Source: Leucoraja ocellata (Eukaryota). Taken from it: a stretch of 64,000 nt of DNA. The stretch is taken from the NCBI GenBank assembly GCA_036785375.1, contig JAWMAR010000202.1:372001-436000 (forward strand). The letters run 5' to 3'. The notes beneath the pieces were generated by a model. The model saw only the letters and a list, made by a program, of their open reading frames with translations. It searched no databases and was not told the origin of the DNA. The position numbers and the translations under genes are program-made. Below, one piece after another: positions 62,466 through 64,000 of the stretch; position 1 is the first letter of the stretch; each line of letters begins with the position of its first letter.

Positions 62466-64000
62466 AAAGGTAACAAGGTTGTGGAAGGGAAAGCGTGTAG
62501 ATTTTCAGAAGCTGTTTGAGGAAGTCCCACACAAAAAGCTTGTGAGCAAACTTGATGTGAATGGAATTAAAGGATGGCGAGCAACAGATGTGGTAGCTGG
62601 GGCTATTCTCCGTGGAACGAAGAAGATTGAGATAAGATGGAGGTGAACAAGATCATGATTAGTTTAAAAGGGTAAGAAGAAGAAATCTGTTCCAATGAGG
62701 GCATGATCCATGGAGTAGGAGACAGAGATATAATCTGATATGAGGATCTCGTGAAAATCTTTCCCACTCAGACGGGTGTCAGTTTCTGGAGTACATTATC
62801 GATGGGGAAACAGAATCAAACAGGTCTCAATAGAGGGATCCCAATGGACACAAGGGATAATTATCTACAATGGTGTATGGATAGAGGAAGGGAATGGCAC
62901 TGGTGGTTTTCTTCTCATGTGAGTCAGAGCAAACTTGACGAGATGAATGGTCTTCTAGAGCAGACCAATTTGATGTATCTTCACAGAACGGTCTTCTGTA
63001 CTTCATCATCATAAGTTTTGGGATCACATTTTAAAGTTCAATATGATGTTTGCCAAGGAGATATAAAGATAGGGAATGTCTTACATGTGAAATATATCTG
63101 AAACATTTCTATTCAAAATGCCTTCTAATCTTTGTAAATGTCTTCTTCCAAAATTCCAGTGCCTGCATCCTAGCTTTCAATTCACCCATCAAGCTGATTC
63201 ACAAATTCTAGGTCTGGCCATTTATCAGTTTTAGAGATCTCATTCATTTTCTCCAGAACATTGCTTGATTTAATTCCCCTTCTCCCCCACACTCCTCCCA
63301 CCATTAATTTTCCATTACTACCTCTCTGGGAGACTTATCCTCTAGTTTCATCCACACCCCAGAACTTGTTTCAGATGCCTTCTGCTGCCAAGGTTCCAAA
63401 CTCTGGAATTCTCTTCCTAATCCTTTCCAGCTGTCTGGTTCTTCCACTTCAGCTCCATGAAACCTATCACTTTGACCAGGCTTTTCGTCACCTGTCCTCA
63501 TATCTCCTTGTGTGGCGTAATGCTAAATATCATCTTATAATGTGATCCTGAAGTCCCTGCAGTAGATTTACTATGTTGAAAATGCTTGTACCAGAACTTC
63601 AACACCTCATCAGTCAAGTGCCCTGTGCCATTGTGAGGAACTACGTTCTGCCAAGGAGCAAATATTCTAAGTATGTTATAATTATTGCAATACCTGAACA
63701 ATATCAATTGCTGGTCATCTCTTGTGAGATGATGCTTTTACATTATTCTTTACGGCATGCTTCATGTACACTCATAACTTTAAGATACAGCATTTTCACA
63801 CCAGCTTAGCTACCAAATTTAATATGCATCACAGGAAGCAGCGGCACAATAAACTCATGCATGCATGCCATCTACCTCATGGTGATCCTTGGACTATCTT
63901 TAATAAGTCTTTACTGGACTTCATCTTGTACTAAACATTACTCCCTTTATCCTGGACATGGTGGATGGCTCGATTGTAATCATGTATCGTCTTTTGCTGA

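Overview
Vertebrate nuclear DNA, almost certainly from a cartilaginous fish. The HE1/V-SINE, HER1/CR1 and Penelope repeat landscape suggests a skate or ray; the species is an inference. The only host gene I can support is LMF1 (lipase maturation factor 1) on the minus strand. Three consecutive in-phase coding exons are visible: 34626-34443, 25273-25120 and 19393-19210, matching human exons 7, 8 and 9 as I recall them. The last of these uses a non-canonical GC donor. I found no other LMF1 exons, so the rest is probably intronic, and it is dense in transposons: a 3'-truncated Gypsy element with a 5' LTR and tRNA-Trp PBS, CR1 and Rex1/Babar LINE fragments, about 20 V-SINEs, hAT and Harbinger-type MITEs, a Helitron 3' end and two degenerate minisatellites. 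There is also a 269-N assembly gap. The best candidate for something under-described is a family of about 190-230 bp non-coding fold-back elements derived from Penelope terminal repeats. Several are flanked by their own 10-15 bp target-site duplications, and several carry a hammerhead-ribozyme-like core (CUGANGA...GAAA) whose stem II keeps its pairing across three sequence variants. Repeat boundaries were read by eye and are approximate unless a TSD or TIR is quoted. No database searches were run.
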